32,000 bases of DNA, taken from assembly GCA_964514965.1 (NCBI GenBank), contig CAZETV010000002.1:120001-152000 (forward strand), in the 5' to 3' direction. Position numbers and translations under genes: made by a program. The notes under the pieces were generated by a model. The model searched no databases and was not told where the DNA came from. It was given only the letters and a program-made list of their open reading frames with translations. Each line of letters starts with the position of its first letter. Position 1 is the first letter of the stretch. Below, one piece after another: positions 1-8,279 of this stretch. Source of the DNA: Candidatus Hadarchaeota archaeon (GTDB taxonomy: Archaea > Hadarchaeota > Hadarchaeia > Hadarchaeales > Hadarchaeaceae).

Positions 1-2
1 GT

Positions 3-332
3 ATGAAAGATGAGCTGGCAAACAAACGCTGGAACTTGGCCGTCCTAGCAGGCGTCCATTGCACCATCTCAGCATGTGATGCGCTGACGATCTTCTTCTT
101 GGGTAGAAAACACAAGGGGATAAAACACGCCGATGCCGCAAAGCTCCTCGCTAGCATCGAGGGGATTGATCCAAGGAAGTTAAGGGAGAAATCCAACCAG
201 CTCATCTCCATCTTGGATTACAAAACCCCAGTGGAATACGACAAAACCGTGTTCAAGGAGTCGGACGCAAAGGAACTCACAAAAAGGGTCGAGCGCTTTT
301 ACAGTTGGGTCAAGGGGAAGTTGCCGGAGTGA
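3..332 (+). CDS. Small HEPN-domain-like protein (possible toxin half of an MNT/HEPN-type pair; any partner would lie upstream of the window)
   Basis: 109-codon ORF beginning 2 nt from the window edge. Predicted all-helical sequence containing ...ISACDALTIFFLGRKHKGIKHADAAKLL..., with R-x6-H spacing inside the Rx4-6H HEPN range. Family call from memory only. Confidence 0.45.
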   Translation: MKDELANKRWNLAVLAGVHCTISACDALTIFFLGRKHKGIKHADAAKLLASIEGIDPRKLREKSNQLISILDYKTPVEYDKTVFKESDAKELTKRVERFYSWVKGKLPE

Positions 333-343
333 TGCCGATATTT

Positions 344-555
344 GGTCCCGTAGGGGTTCGGGGGGTTCAAACCCTACCCCCGCACCAACAAAAATCGTGC
401 AAAAATCCTGCCCAATTTTTGCCTGAAAATTGCACGAAAGATTTAAACGCCGCACCACAAAAATTACGCAAAAATCCTGCTCGAATCCTGCCCGGTTCTT
501 GCGAAAAATCGTTTGGGAGATTTGAACGGGGGCTTGAACCTATCCGGGCCCGCCA
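344..555. repeat. Composite ~215-nt repeat R1, built from three tRNA-3'-end-like modules (344-387, ~434-457, 515-555; each ends ...CCGCACCA or ...CCCGCCA on the plus strand) separated by two hairpin-forming spacers
   Basis: Aligns by eye along its whole length with the reverse complement of 10214-10430, with one ~10-nt indel. Contains stems TCGTGCAA(395-402)/TTGCACGA(430-437) and CGCAA(467-471)/TTGCG(499-503). Confidence 0.8.
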
Positions 556-600
556 TATGTATACCGTAAGTTTTGCCCAATTCTAGCGGTACGAGTAAAC

Positions 601-1377
601 TCAATCGAGGCGCACGACTTCAATCTTCTTTAAGTCACAAACGCCAAGCTTTGCTTCTTGGGCGAGTTTCAGGTGCCCTACAGTAGAAGGGTCAATCCCT
701 AGAACGGTGGACCCCACAGCATCGGCCGCGATCGGATCGTTTGAAAAAATCATCACATCAAACCGCTTTCGTTCGCCACCCAACTCCGAGCTTAAACTGA
801 GCCGCCCGTCAATCACCGCTAAATCGGGGAGCTTGTAGCGGTTGATGTCGACGATGCTCTCTTCGATGCCCAGCTTGTGAAATCTGCCCTTATCCCGTCC
901 GATGGTGGCGCCGAGCATGTTCTTTAGCGAGAGCGTTACACGGGCTGATGAATGCTGTTTCAAAACAGCCACCGATATCAAATAGGTGCCCTTTAAAACC
1001 ATTGGGAACTCGAACCGCTTCAGCACTGCTGCCTCCGCTTTTTTCAAAACCTCGAACTCCTCCGAATTTAAGTCAACTAGCTTCACCCCGTGATAATTCG
1101 CCAATTCAACATAACCCTGATTACGATAGATAGTGTGGGTGCCCCCAAACCCTGAACCCTCGGCGACGATAAGTTGATTATCGTCCTTGAAAAATTTCAC
1201 GAGAGCTTCAACGGTGTCGGTAGGAGTCGTAACGGGATATGGGCGATCGGCGATGAGGTTAGGTTTTATCACCACTTTCCTGCGATGAACTTCAACACCC
1301 AAAGAGCGCAGGCCCTTTGGTACCATCGTGGTGGGGTCGTTTCCTCTTACAACAACAACTTTCGACATGCCCCTCAC
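601..1377 (-). CDS. DUF362 domain-containing protein
   Basis: 258-aa ORF with the DUF362-typical N-terminal VVIKPNL motif and overall alpha/beta pattern. Lies directly downstream of the AOR gene on the same strand. Start may be the ATG at 1368 (MSKVVVV). Confidence 0.7.
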   Translation of the reverse strand: MRGMSKVVVVRGNDPTTMVPKGLRSLGVEVHRRKVVIKPNLIADRPYPVTTPTDTVEALVKFFKDDNQLIVAEGSGFGGTHTIYRNQGYVELANYHGVKLVDLNSEEFEVLKKAEAAVLKRFEFPMVLKGTYLISVAVLKQHSSARVTLSLKNMLGATIGRDKGRFHKLGIEESIVDINRYKLPDLAVIDGRLSLSSELGGERKRFDVMIFSNDPIAADAVGSTVLGIDPSTVGHLKLAQEAKLGVCDLKKIEVVRLD

Positions 1378-1442
1378 ACTTGTTTATCTAATTATAAAGT
1401 TAAAATGGTCACCCAGAAAGCGATATGGCTGCTAAGAAAGAA

Positions 1443-3278
1443 CTAAAATTTCGCATACTTACTCAAGCCGAGTTCCTTTAACTTCTCAGGGGTCGGCTTA
1501 CCTTTCTTCCACCCGCGCAGGGCATAGTACTCATCGAGCATCGCCCCCAGCTTGACAACATGACCTTTAGACGGACCCTCGGGCATCGATTCTTTGAGCA
1601 AACGTTTGGGTAGCGTGTCGTCCTTGCGGCCAAAGCCCTCGCGGTTGATGAAGAGCCGCTCAAGAGTATAGATACGATCACCGGCTTTCAACAGCTCATC
1701 GGGCGACCAGTTCCACCCTGTTATCGCGTTTAGCATCTCTACTATTTCAGGCATCCAAATGGCGAGGGTCGCAAATTTACAAAAGACGGCCGAATCACAG
1801 ATTGCGAATAGGTCTTGAAGAGTCTTCACCCACTGCGCCTTTCCCTCAGTGGCGAAGCGGTCAAGTCGTTTGGACACACCAAAAATTTCAGGACCTGTCA
1901 TGTAAGCTCGAAGGTGGCAGCTACCACTATTTGAGGTCGCGTATGCCAGCCCGTGTCCCTGAGAACCACGCGAATCATACGCAGACATTTCAAGTCCTTT
2001 AACGTGCATCGCCAGCTCGGAAGCGCCGTATTTCTCCGCGAGGCGCTTCGCCCCGAGCGCGATATCGTTGCCGAATCCTAGGCGATAGGCTGTCCGCCAA
2101 GTAAGCTCCACAATCGCTTGGGGATTGCCGAACTTCAGCACGAGCCCTCTCAGCTTCTCCTTCGATATCTTCCCGCGCTCACTCAGCTCCATTGCACAGC
2201 CCACGATGTTACCATAAGAAATGGGATCAATGCCCAGCTCATCACAGAGGTTGTTGGCCTTTGCTATGGCGTTTAAATCATTGACGTAGCACTGAGGCCC
2301 TAACGCCCAGAGCGCCTCATATTCTGGTCCCTCTCCCTCGACTTGATAAGGTACTTGAGTGATTCGGATTACGCGACCGCATGCAATCGGGCACTCCCAA
2401 CATGCTTTGCCTTTCACCGATATCGTCTTCGCAATGGTTTCACCGCTAATTTTTCCCGCGCTTGGAAAAACGCCCGTCTGAAAATTTCGAGTAGGGAGAA
2501 GCCCATACTCGTTGATAGTATTGACCGCAACAGCAGTTCCAAAGGTAGGCAGAGATTGCCCAGTAATTCGACTCTCTCGTAACATCTTCAACACTTTTTG
2601 AACGACTTCTTTGAATCTCTTCTCGTCCACGATGGGTATTTTTTTGTTTCCACGCACAGCGATTGCTTTGAGCTGTTTCGACCCCATCACAGCCCCAGCC
2701 GCGGCCCTGCCAGCCGTGCGATGCTTGTCGTTTATGATTGCCGCACACATCGCAAGGTTCTCCCCTGCGGGACCGATCGAGGCGATTTTGATATTCGAGT
2801 CCCCGAGTTCCTTACGGATACCGTCCTCGGTGCCACAAGTGCCTTTGCCCCAATACCGCCCAGCAGGCCTGATTTCCGCCTCTCCTTTGCGTATCCACAG
2901 GTAAACGGGCTCGGCCGCTTTGCCCTCGATAATTATTCCGTCGTAACCTGCAAACCTGAGTTCCGGACCGAAGGTACCGCCACAATTGCTCTCTCCAATA
3001 CCTCCAGTCTGTGGTGATTTGGTGATGATGTGGAATCTACCGCTCGTTGGGAATGCCGTGCCTGTGGCAGGACCCGTCATAAAGAGCAACTTGTTTTCAG
3101 GCCCCATAGGGTCGGTACCGGGTTTGAGTTCTTCGATGAGGATTTTCACGCCCAAGCCGCGACCTCCAACAAACAATTTGGCCTCGTCCTCGTCCACGAA
3201 CTCGTCGCGCATTGAACCAGATGAGAGATCAGAACGCAAAAGTTTCAGCTTCAAACCACCGCCTCGAGGAAAAATCAT
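1443..3278 (-). CDS. aor: Aldehyde:ferredoxin oxidoreductase family (tungstopterin enzyme)
   Basis: 611-aa ORF. N-terminus LLRSDLSSGS...FVGGRGLGVKILIEE and length are typical of AOR-family proteins. The internal cysteine-bearing region (CWECPIACGR) is consistent with the 4Fe-4S ligand segment. Confidence 0.9.
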   Translation of the reverse strand: MIFPRGGGLKLKLLRSDLSSGSMRDEFVDEDEAKLFVGGRGLGVKILIEELKPGTDPMGPENKLLFMTGPATGTAFPTSGRFHIITKSPQTGGIGESNCGGTFGPELRFAGYDGIIIEGKAAEPVYLWIRKGEAEIRPAGRYWGKGTCGTEDGIRKELGDSNIKIASIGPAGENLAMCAAIINDKHRTAGRAAAGAVMGSKQLKAIAVRGNKKIPIVDEKRFKEVVQKVLKMLRESRITGQSLPTFGTAVAVNTINEYGLLPTRNFQTGVFPSAGKISGETIAKTISVKGKACWECPIACGRVIRITQVPYQVEGEGPEYEALWALGPQCYVNDLNAIAKANNLCDELGIDPISYGNIVGCAMELSERGKISKEKLRGLVLKFGNPQAIVELTWRTAYRLGFGNDIALGAKRLAEKYGASELAMHVKGLEMSAYDSRGSQGHGLAYATSNSGSCHLRAYMTGPEIFGVSKRLDRFATEGKAQWVKTLQDLFAICDSAVFCKFATLAIWMPEIVEMLNAITGWNWSPDELLKAGDRIYTLERLFINREGFGRKDDTLPKRLLKESMPEGPSKGHVVKLGAMLDEYYALRGWKKGKPTPEKLKELGLSKYAKF

Positions 3279-3350
3279 CGGTCAATTTTAAGTAAGTTTG
3301 GGTAATGGTCTAAAAACTGATTAAAGCATGCACAAATACAATCATTTGGT

Positions 3351-3509
3351 AGCCCGGTGGGGTAGACCAGTGTTGACTGGGCCCAATGGTCAGGGGCTAA
3401 AACCCCCCGCAAAATCCTGCGGGCCTTTGGAGCCCGCGACGGCGGAAGGGAAAAATCCTGCCGAATTCGAACGTCGACATGCCGACCGAAATTCCGCCCC
3501 GGGCTACCA
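3351..3509 (+). tRNA. tRNA-Gln(UUG): tRNA-Gln (anticodon UUG) with A1:U72, encoded CCA and apparently four non-canonical insertions/introns
   Basis: Acceptor AGCCCGG/CCGGGCT. Anticodon arm CGGGC-CTTTGGA-GCCCG. T stem GGCGG/CCGCC. Ends ACCA. Gene is 159 nt, leaving about 80 nt of extra sequence in four blocks (D loop, D-loop/D-stem junction, 53/54, 59/60). Hand-folded; exact junctions ambiguous. Confidence 0.7.
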
Positions 3510-3603
3510 TTCACAACTTTAAATTAATCTCAGCGCTTTGCCCGTCTGCGGCTTAGGGGACCACATTTTTAAAGTTAGTGCCGAAAGTTTTTATGTTGAT
3601 TGA

Positions 3604-4005
3604 ATGTACCCACGCGCTCTCCCTAAACTCCAGCTCATGGCGGACATAGCGTTCGGCATAGCATTGGCTGTACTATATGTTGGCTTCAGCTTGACCCTAA
3701 AAAATATCCAATTGGAGATCAACTCTTTATTCCTCGCAAGTTATGCGCTCCTCGGCCTCGGTGTTTTAGTGTTCTACTTGGTTCTCATGACAAACTCAAA
3801 GCTTGCGCTTCTCCTCCACGTTTGGACATTCCCACTGTTTAGCACTTTAAACCTCTTCCTGAGGTGGATGCCGAGCGTGATGGGTAAAGTAACAAATGTT
3901 CAGGTACTGTTCAGCATCATCCTCGTTTACGTTTTACTTCTGTTCGCATTCTTCGTCGCCCAATCCGCCCTACGCAAGCGGATACTTGAGCGCCCTGTTG
4001 TATAG
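3604..4005 (+). CDS. Hypothetical integral membrane protein (about 4 predicted TM helices)
   Basis: 133-aa ORF, strongly hydrophobic in four segments. TTTAAAG (3568-3574) lies about 30 nt upstream of the ATG, consistent with a short or absent leader. Confidence 0.55.
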   Translation: MYPRALPKLQLMADIAFGIALAVLYVGFSLTLKNIQLEINSLFLASYALLGLGVLVFYLVLMTNSKLALLLHVWTFPLFSTLNLFLRWMPSVMGKVTNVQVLFSIILVYVLLLFAFFVAQSALRKRILERPVV

Positions 4006-4068
4006 CAAATCCAAATTTCACATAATAAAGCAAACCTAATTTAAGAAGAATAAAACATTATTCTCGGT

Positions 4069-4196
4069 AGCCCCGTGGGGTAGACCAACAATGTTGGGCC
4101 CAATGGTCAATCCTGGCGGACATCGTTAAGACCGCAATCTGGATCCGTCGACCCCGGTTCGAAACGGCTCAACCGACGAAGTTCCGGGCGGGGCTA
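4069..4196 (+). tRNA. tRNA-Gln(CUG): tRNA-Gln (anticodon CUG) with A1:U72 and three insertions/introns (D loop, 32/33, 59/60); CCA not encoded
   Basis: Acceptor AGCCCCG/CGGGGCT. Anticodon stem GCGGA/TCCGT, with loop C[ATCGTTAAGACCGCAA]TCTGGA. T arm CCCGG-TTCGAA[ACGGCTCAACCGACGAAGT]T-CCGGG. D region is collinear with the Gln(UUG) gene. Hand-folded. Confidence 0.75.
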
Positions 4197-4201
4197 TCGC
4201 T

Positions 4202-4435
4202 CTAAACTTCAACAACAATTGCCGTGTTAGTGTCGACTACGCCTTTAATCTTGTGAATTCCTTGGACGACAGCGCTAGTCAGTTTTCCAAGGTCTTTGGC
4301 CTCCACCAACACGATGATATCATATGGGCCAGTGACCACGTATACCGATTTCGTCCCTTGAAGTCCTTCTAGCTCCTTTGCGACCTGTCTAACTTTACCT
4401 ATCGCAGTAGTTATCAAAACATACGCTTGTACCAA
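4202..4435 (-). CDS. Stand-alone Lrp/AsnC-type ligand-binding (RAM) domain protein
   Basis: 77 aa. Beta-alpha-beta pattern: AYVLITT...V...L..L.GTKSVYVVTGPYDIIVLVEAKDL..L...V...I..I.GV..T.T.IV. Confidence 0.75.
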   Translation of the reverse strand: MVQAYVLITTAIGKVRQVAKELEGLQGTKSVYVVTGPYDIIVLVEAKDLGKLTSAVVQGIHKIKGVVDTNTAIVVEV

Positions 4436-4480
4436 TCACTCACCTTGTATCTACTTTTTGGGCAGCGCTTAAAAATTTAC

Positions 4481-5065
4481 CTAAACAAACATGACGAATA
4501 TCACGACGAACACAAGTAGGGGTATCTCTATCGCCGCCCAAATTGCGGGTTTCCACAAGAAAACTTTCTCTCCGTCAAGAGGTGGGATGGGTAATAGATT
4601 GAAAAACGCTAGCCAGAGGTTAATAAGCGCGCCCCACAATCCAATCGTGCCAATCAGCCCTGACAAGTAACTTAGAGGAAAGAAGCAACCGGCAATTGCG
4701 ATATTCACAACCGGCCCTGCCAACCCGATTAACCCACTCTGACGGCGGGTGAAATACGATGACAAAATTACGACCGCACCGGGAGCTGCGAAAATAAATT
4801 TGCCTCCAGAGGCCAGCCCGATTAAGAGTGCAAATACCAAGCCGAACGTCCACATCCGGTAGACCGCAAAGTAGCCATATCGATTAGCAACATACTTATG
4901 GGTAAGTTCATGAGCAATGAAACCAAGGACCAGAGGTATAGATATTGCAGCAAAACGCGCTCCCACGCCCTCAAGAGAGAGAAACCCGATCCCCGAAACA
5001 GCAACTGCGAGCACGAGAACTGAGATTAAGATGTGGCGCAACTCAGTCTTTATAAAATGAACCAT
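4481..5065 (-). CDS. Peptidase M50 / site-2 protease-like membrane metalloprotease
   Basis: 194-aa polytopic membrane ORF with HExxH (AHELTHKYV) inside a TM segment and a C-terminal NLLPIPPLDG motif typical of M50. Confidence 0.8.
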   Translation of the reverse strand: MVHFIKTELRHILISVLVLAVAVSGIGFLSLEGVGARFAAISIPLVLGFIAHELTHKYVANRYGYFAVYRMWTFGLVFALLIGLASGGKFIFAAPGAVVILSSYFTRRQSGLIGLAGPVVNIAIAGCFFPLSYLSGLIGTIGLWGALINLWLAFFNLLPIPPLDGEKVFLWKPAIWAAIEIPLLVFVVIFVMFV

Positions 5066-5070
5066 CTAGT

Positions 5071-5292
5071 TCACGTTGACTCTTTGATGGTAATTTTTCG
5101 CTTGAGGATTAACTCGGCCGACCGAATGACAGACCCACCAGCGCCTATGGCCCTGGCGATTTGCTCCTTCGGCACGTATACAATAAGCCCATCTTCCTGC
5201 TCCTCTACTTTGCTTATCGGGACGTTCAGCATTTGCTTTAGTTTTTCGCTTATCTCTACTTCCATTTTTTCAACTCCATTTGATGTCTTCAT
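5071..5292 (-). CDS. KH-domain RNA-binding protein
   Basis: 73 aa with a GxxG loop (IGAGGSVIRSAE) in a KH-like beta-alpha-alpha-beta context. Confidence 0.6.
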   Translation of the reverse strand: MKTSNGVEKMEVEISEKLKQMLNVPISKVEEQEDGLIVYVPKEQIARAIGAGGSVIRSAELILKRKITIKEST

Positions 5293-5380
5293 AACCTATT
5301 TAAAAAGTTTGCTAAACATTGAGATTCCTTTGATCAATATTATGCTACCCAAAATCACAAAAAAAATCTGCCGCAATTCT

Positions 5381-6136
5381 CTAACTACTGACCTCGTATT
5401 CCACGCTCGTCCTCCAACTTCCAGAGAGCCCCTTGCTCAGTCTTTCATAAATACCCGGCACATGCCCAGCGCCCACCACACATGCAACTTTACCGGTGCT
5501 CGCGGATAGCAGCATCGCTACCCTCGAGGCCATGTAAGCATCACGCTCCCCGATTAACACTTGGTAAGAAGTTGGCGAGGTCCGCTTCAACTCCTGCAAC
5601 AAGTAAGCGACAATTTGGTCGTCGGTAAGCCGCTCGAGCTCCACACGATTTCCAAAAGGTAGGAGGCCCAGCAGAAGTCCCACAAACAGCTTTACACGTT
5701 CTCGCCAAGACATGCGATTGATGAGCCGCTGCATAGTTATGTTGATATCCCGGTCAATCAGCTCCACCCGCGCGCCGATTTCTCTGGCGTGCCTGATTGC
5801 GACTAGCATCTCCTCGCCAGCTGGCATACCAGTCTGATGCGAGAACCTGTTTTGTAAGAGGTAGAGCAGGCTGTTAAGCAGCCCCAGCCTAATCCCTCCG
5901 GCGCGCACTGATTCAAGCATGCTTGGCCGTTTGAGGTCTTGAGTGAGCGCTAAATAGCGGGCGGGACAGAGCTCCACAGCAACAACATCCGGCTTTTCCC
6001 CCACAATGATTTCTTTGACCTCCACCGCGCTCTTAGGCAGGACATGCGCGACCCCTATAAGGAGAAGGCGGTCATCTAACTTTCGAAGCACCCTTGATCC
6101 CCCAGACCCGATAAGTGAGAAGTATGTGTTTTCCAA
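5381..6136 (-). CDS. TraB/GumN family protein
   Basis: 251 aa. N-terminal LLLIGVAHVLPKS...DVVAVELC and C-terminal VVGAGHVPGI motifs are characteristic of TraB-family proteins. The annotated start overlaps the upstream gene by 65 nt, so the true start may be internal. Confidence 0.7.
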   Translation of the reverse strand: MENTYFSLIGSGGSRVLRKLDDRLLLIGVAHVLPKSAVEVKEIIVGEKPDVVAVELCPARYLALTQDLKRPSMLESVRAGGIRLGLLNSLLYLLQNRFSHQTGMPAGEEMLVAIRHAREIGARVELIDRDINITMQRLINRMSWRERVKLFVGLLLGLLPFGNRVELERLTDDQIVAYLLQELKRTSPTSYQVLIGERDAYMASRVAMLLSASTGKVACVVGAGHVPGIYERLSKGLSGSWRTSVEYEVSS

Positions 6137-6743
6137 TTTTTTTGACGCTAAGGAGTTTTAGCTTTACACCATTTCGAACATCGGCGAATCCAGCACCACC
6201 GACCAAGGACTTCGCCTTAGCTCCACCCACTATCCGGGGCGCTACGGCTACGCACACCTCGTCCACCAACCCCTGCTTGAACATTGCCCAGTTTATGGTC
6301 GAACCCCCTTCAAGCAAAACTCTGCGCATCCCCAGTGAGCGGAGTCGCCTAAGCAATCTACGCAGTTTAACCTTCTTATTGCCAATCACGATGATTTCAG
6401 CTCCAGCCGCTCGCAGTTCTTCAATTTTTCGTTTAGGGGCCCGCTTAGACACGGAGATAATGGTCTTAGCTGAACCGTTAAGAACTCGGGCATTGACCGG
6501 CGTCCTTGCCTCGCCATCAATAATCACGCGGACGGGATTTTTCCCCTTCACCCGCCGGACTGTCAGCAAAGGATCGTCAGCCAGAACTGTGCCAACTCCC
6601 ACAATCACTGCATCAACGCTTGCACGAAGTTTATGAAGGCGGTTGAGATCCATCTTGCATGAAATCTTGCTGTCCCCAGCTACAGTCGCAATCTTGCCAT
6701 CGAGCGTCATTGCAGCGTTGAGAATCACATAGGGGCGAGTCAT
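6072..6743 (-). CDS. ribD: 2,5-diamino-6-(ribosylamino)-4(3H)-pyrimidinone 5'-phosphate reductase (RibD C-terminal-type, archaeal riboflavin pathway)
   Basis: 223 aa. PYVILNAAMTLDGKIAT...S......L.RLH.LRA.VDAVIVGVGTVLADDP.LTVR matches the RibD_C/dihydrofolate-reductase-like reductase signature. Confidence 0.8.
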   Translation of the reverse strand: MTRPYVILNAAMTLDGKIATVAGDSKISCKMDLNRLHKLRASVDAVIVGVGTVLADDPLLTVRRVKGKNPVRVIIDGEARTPVNARVLNGSAKTIISVSKRAPKRKIEELRAAGAEIIVIGNKKVKLRRLLRRLRSLGMRRVLLEGGSTINWAMFKQGLVDEVCVAVAPRIVGGAKAKSLVGGAGFADVRNGVKLKLLSVKKIGKHILLTYRVWGIKGASKVR

Positions 6744-6789
6744 GGTGTGTCCAACGAAGTCTTGTCTTCCAGCTCTTAAGTTGTAGGGA

Positions 6790-6885
6790 TGGGGCCAGGG
6801 TCGGGATTTGAACCCGACACACGGGATATCTGCGAGAAAAACTCCCCACAGTCCCGGATGTTAACCAAACTACACTACCCTGGCC
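6790..6885 (-). tRNA. tRNA-His(GUG): tRNA-His (GUG) with encoded G-1 and CCA and a canonical ~18-nt intron after position 37
   Basis: Reverse complement reads G-GCCAGGG-TA-GTGT..ACAT-C-CGGGA-CTGTGG[GGAGTTTTTCTCGCAGAT]A-TCCCG-TGTG-TCGGG-TTCAAAT-CCCGA-CCCTGGC-C-CCA. Confidence 0.9.
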
Positions 6886-7009
6886 ACGACTAAAAATTGG
6901 TGAGACTTGTATTTAGATTTACTTTTTTCGCGAGGTCTGGTAGTTAAGAACCGTGCCTAGGGCTAAAGCGAATATCATACAAATACTTTCTCACAGAAAA
7001 AAATAAAAC

Positions 7010-8026
7010 ATGAAATTACTACTAGCTACTAAAGGTGCTAAATTGAAAGTATTGTTGCTTTCAAGAGCTGATGTCGAAACACTCATTTCAATACGTGAAG
7101 TTATCAAAGCCGTTGAGGGGGCATTTATGGCAAAAGAACTTGGTAAAACCCAGATGCCTCCAAAATCATATGTATTCTTAAACCGCTATGATGGCGATTT
7201 CAGGGTAATGCCCGCTTATCTGGAAGACACTGAAGCGGCGGGAGTAAAAATTGTCAACGTTCATCCGCAAAACCCTAGTAAGCACGGTATGCCTACGGTG
7301 ATGGCAATCATCGTATTGCTTGACCCACGAACCGGTGCTCCTCTTGCGATTATGGACGGTACAACGATTACCAATCTAAGAACCGGGGCCAGTGGTGCTG
7401 TAGCGGCAAAGTACTTGGCGCGGAAGGACTCTCGTGTGGTTGCAATAATCGGGGCCGGGGTACAAGCTACAAATCAGTTTTTAGCCCTAAACGAGATTTT
7501 CAAAATTGAAGGATTAAGGGTAAGCGACAAGCTTGAGGCGAACACGAAAAAATATGCCTCTGAAATGAAAAAACGATTCGATATCAGCATAAAAATAACC
7601 AACGTTAAGGAAGCTGTTCAAGGCGCAGACATCATAGTAACAACCACACCAGTCAAGAGCCCCATCATCATGAACGATTGGATATCAGAGGGTGTGCACA
7701 TTAACGCGATAGGCGCAGATGCTCCGGGAAAGCAGGAACTTGACCCCAAGATATTGAAACGAGCTAAAATAGTTATAGACAACTGGGAGCAAGCGTCCCA
7801 TAGTGGTGAGATAAACGTACCCTTTTCAAAAAGTATGTTGACTCGCGAGGATATACATGCCGAACTCAGTGAGATAGTTAGCGGGAAAAAATCCGGTCGC
7901 ACATCAAACGAAGAGATAACGATTTTCGACTCGACCGGTCTGGCGATTCAAGACATGGCAACTGCTTTGATAGCTTACAAAAAAGCTAAAAAAAATGGAA
8001 TGGGCACGGAAGTGGAGTTACTGTGA
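7010..8026 (+). CDS. Ornithine cyclodeaminase / mu-crystallin family NAD(P)-dependent enzyme (archaeal alanine dehydrogenase-like)
   Basis: 338 aa. MPAY....AAGVKIVNVHP.N......PTVMA.I.L.D..TG.PLAIMDGT.IT..RTGA..AVAAKYLAR and Rossmann motif IIGAGVQA are typical of the OCD/mu-crystallin family. True start may be a few codons downstream (LKVLLLS). Confidence 0.8.
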   Translation: MKLLLATKGAKLKVLLLSRADVETLISIREVIKAVEGAFMAKELGKTQMPPKSYVFLNRYDGDFRVMPAYLEDTEAAGVKIVNVHPQNPSKHGMPTVMAIIVLLDPRTGAPLAIMDGTTITNLRTGASGAVAAKYLARKDSRVVAIIGAGVQATNQFLALNEIFKIEGLRVSDKLEANTKKYASEMKKRFDISIKITNVKEAVQGADIIVTTTPVKSPIIMNDWISEGVHINAIGADAPGKQELDPKILKRAKIVIDNWEQASHSGEINVPFSKSMLTREDIHAELSEIVSGKKSGRTSNEEITIFDSTGLAIQDMATALIAYKKAKKNGMGTEVELL

Positions 8027-8279
8027 TCATCAGTCAACAACAAGATGGGCTGGCACGACTTCTTTTTCCCTTCTACAGTTTAACTAAAAATTTTGTTGAC
8101 AATCTGCTTGGTAATTCGACTCTAAATATGCCCCAAGGTATTATCAAAACCTTAAAAAAAACGGAGCGGTCAAGAATGATTGGATGGATTGCTGAGCCCG
8201 CTAATTTTATGCTAAAAAAATGTGTGGAATACATGTTGGCGGTTGAAAACGAAACTCATGTTGAAGGAGGTCTGAAAAC

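Noticed and set aside
344-555. Three evenly spaced modules ending in CCGCACCA separated by ~50-60-nt spacers looked CRISPR-like or like tandem tRNA or split-tRNA 3' halves
   Set aside because: The repeats are not identical and there are only three. The spacers are themselves conserved between R1 and R2, the opposite of CRISPR. The T-arm-like parts cannot form a 5-bp stem, so these are not functional tRNA halves.
305-586. ORFs 305-586 (+) and 10207-10434 (-) translate to similar peptides (…NCTKDLN..PQKLR.NPAR...SCE.SFGRFER.LEP), suggesting a conserved small protein
   Set aside because: The similarity is at DNA level across a repeat containing tRNA-3'-end-like modules, hairpins and a ~10-nt indel that would break the frame. 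There is no start context. Treated as a non-coding repeat.
2598-3017. Antisense ORFs within the AOR gene (2343-2582, 2598-3017, 2611-2904, 2986-3291 and others)
   Set aside because: Shadow frames opposite a confidently identified 611-aa AOR gene. Pro/Ser/Arg-rich translations are typical of antisense reading of moderately GC-rich genes.
5381-6136. 65-nt overlap between the TraB-like and ribD-like genes as possible programmed overlap
   Set aside because: More simply explained by an over-extended start call for the TraB-like ORF. The conserved TraB N-terminal motif begins about 25 codons in.
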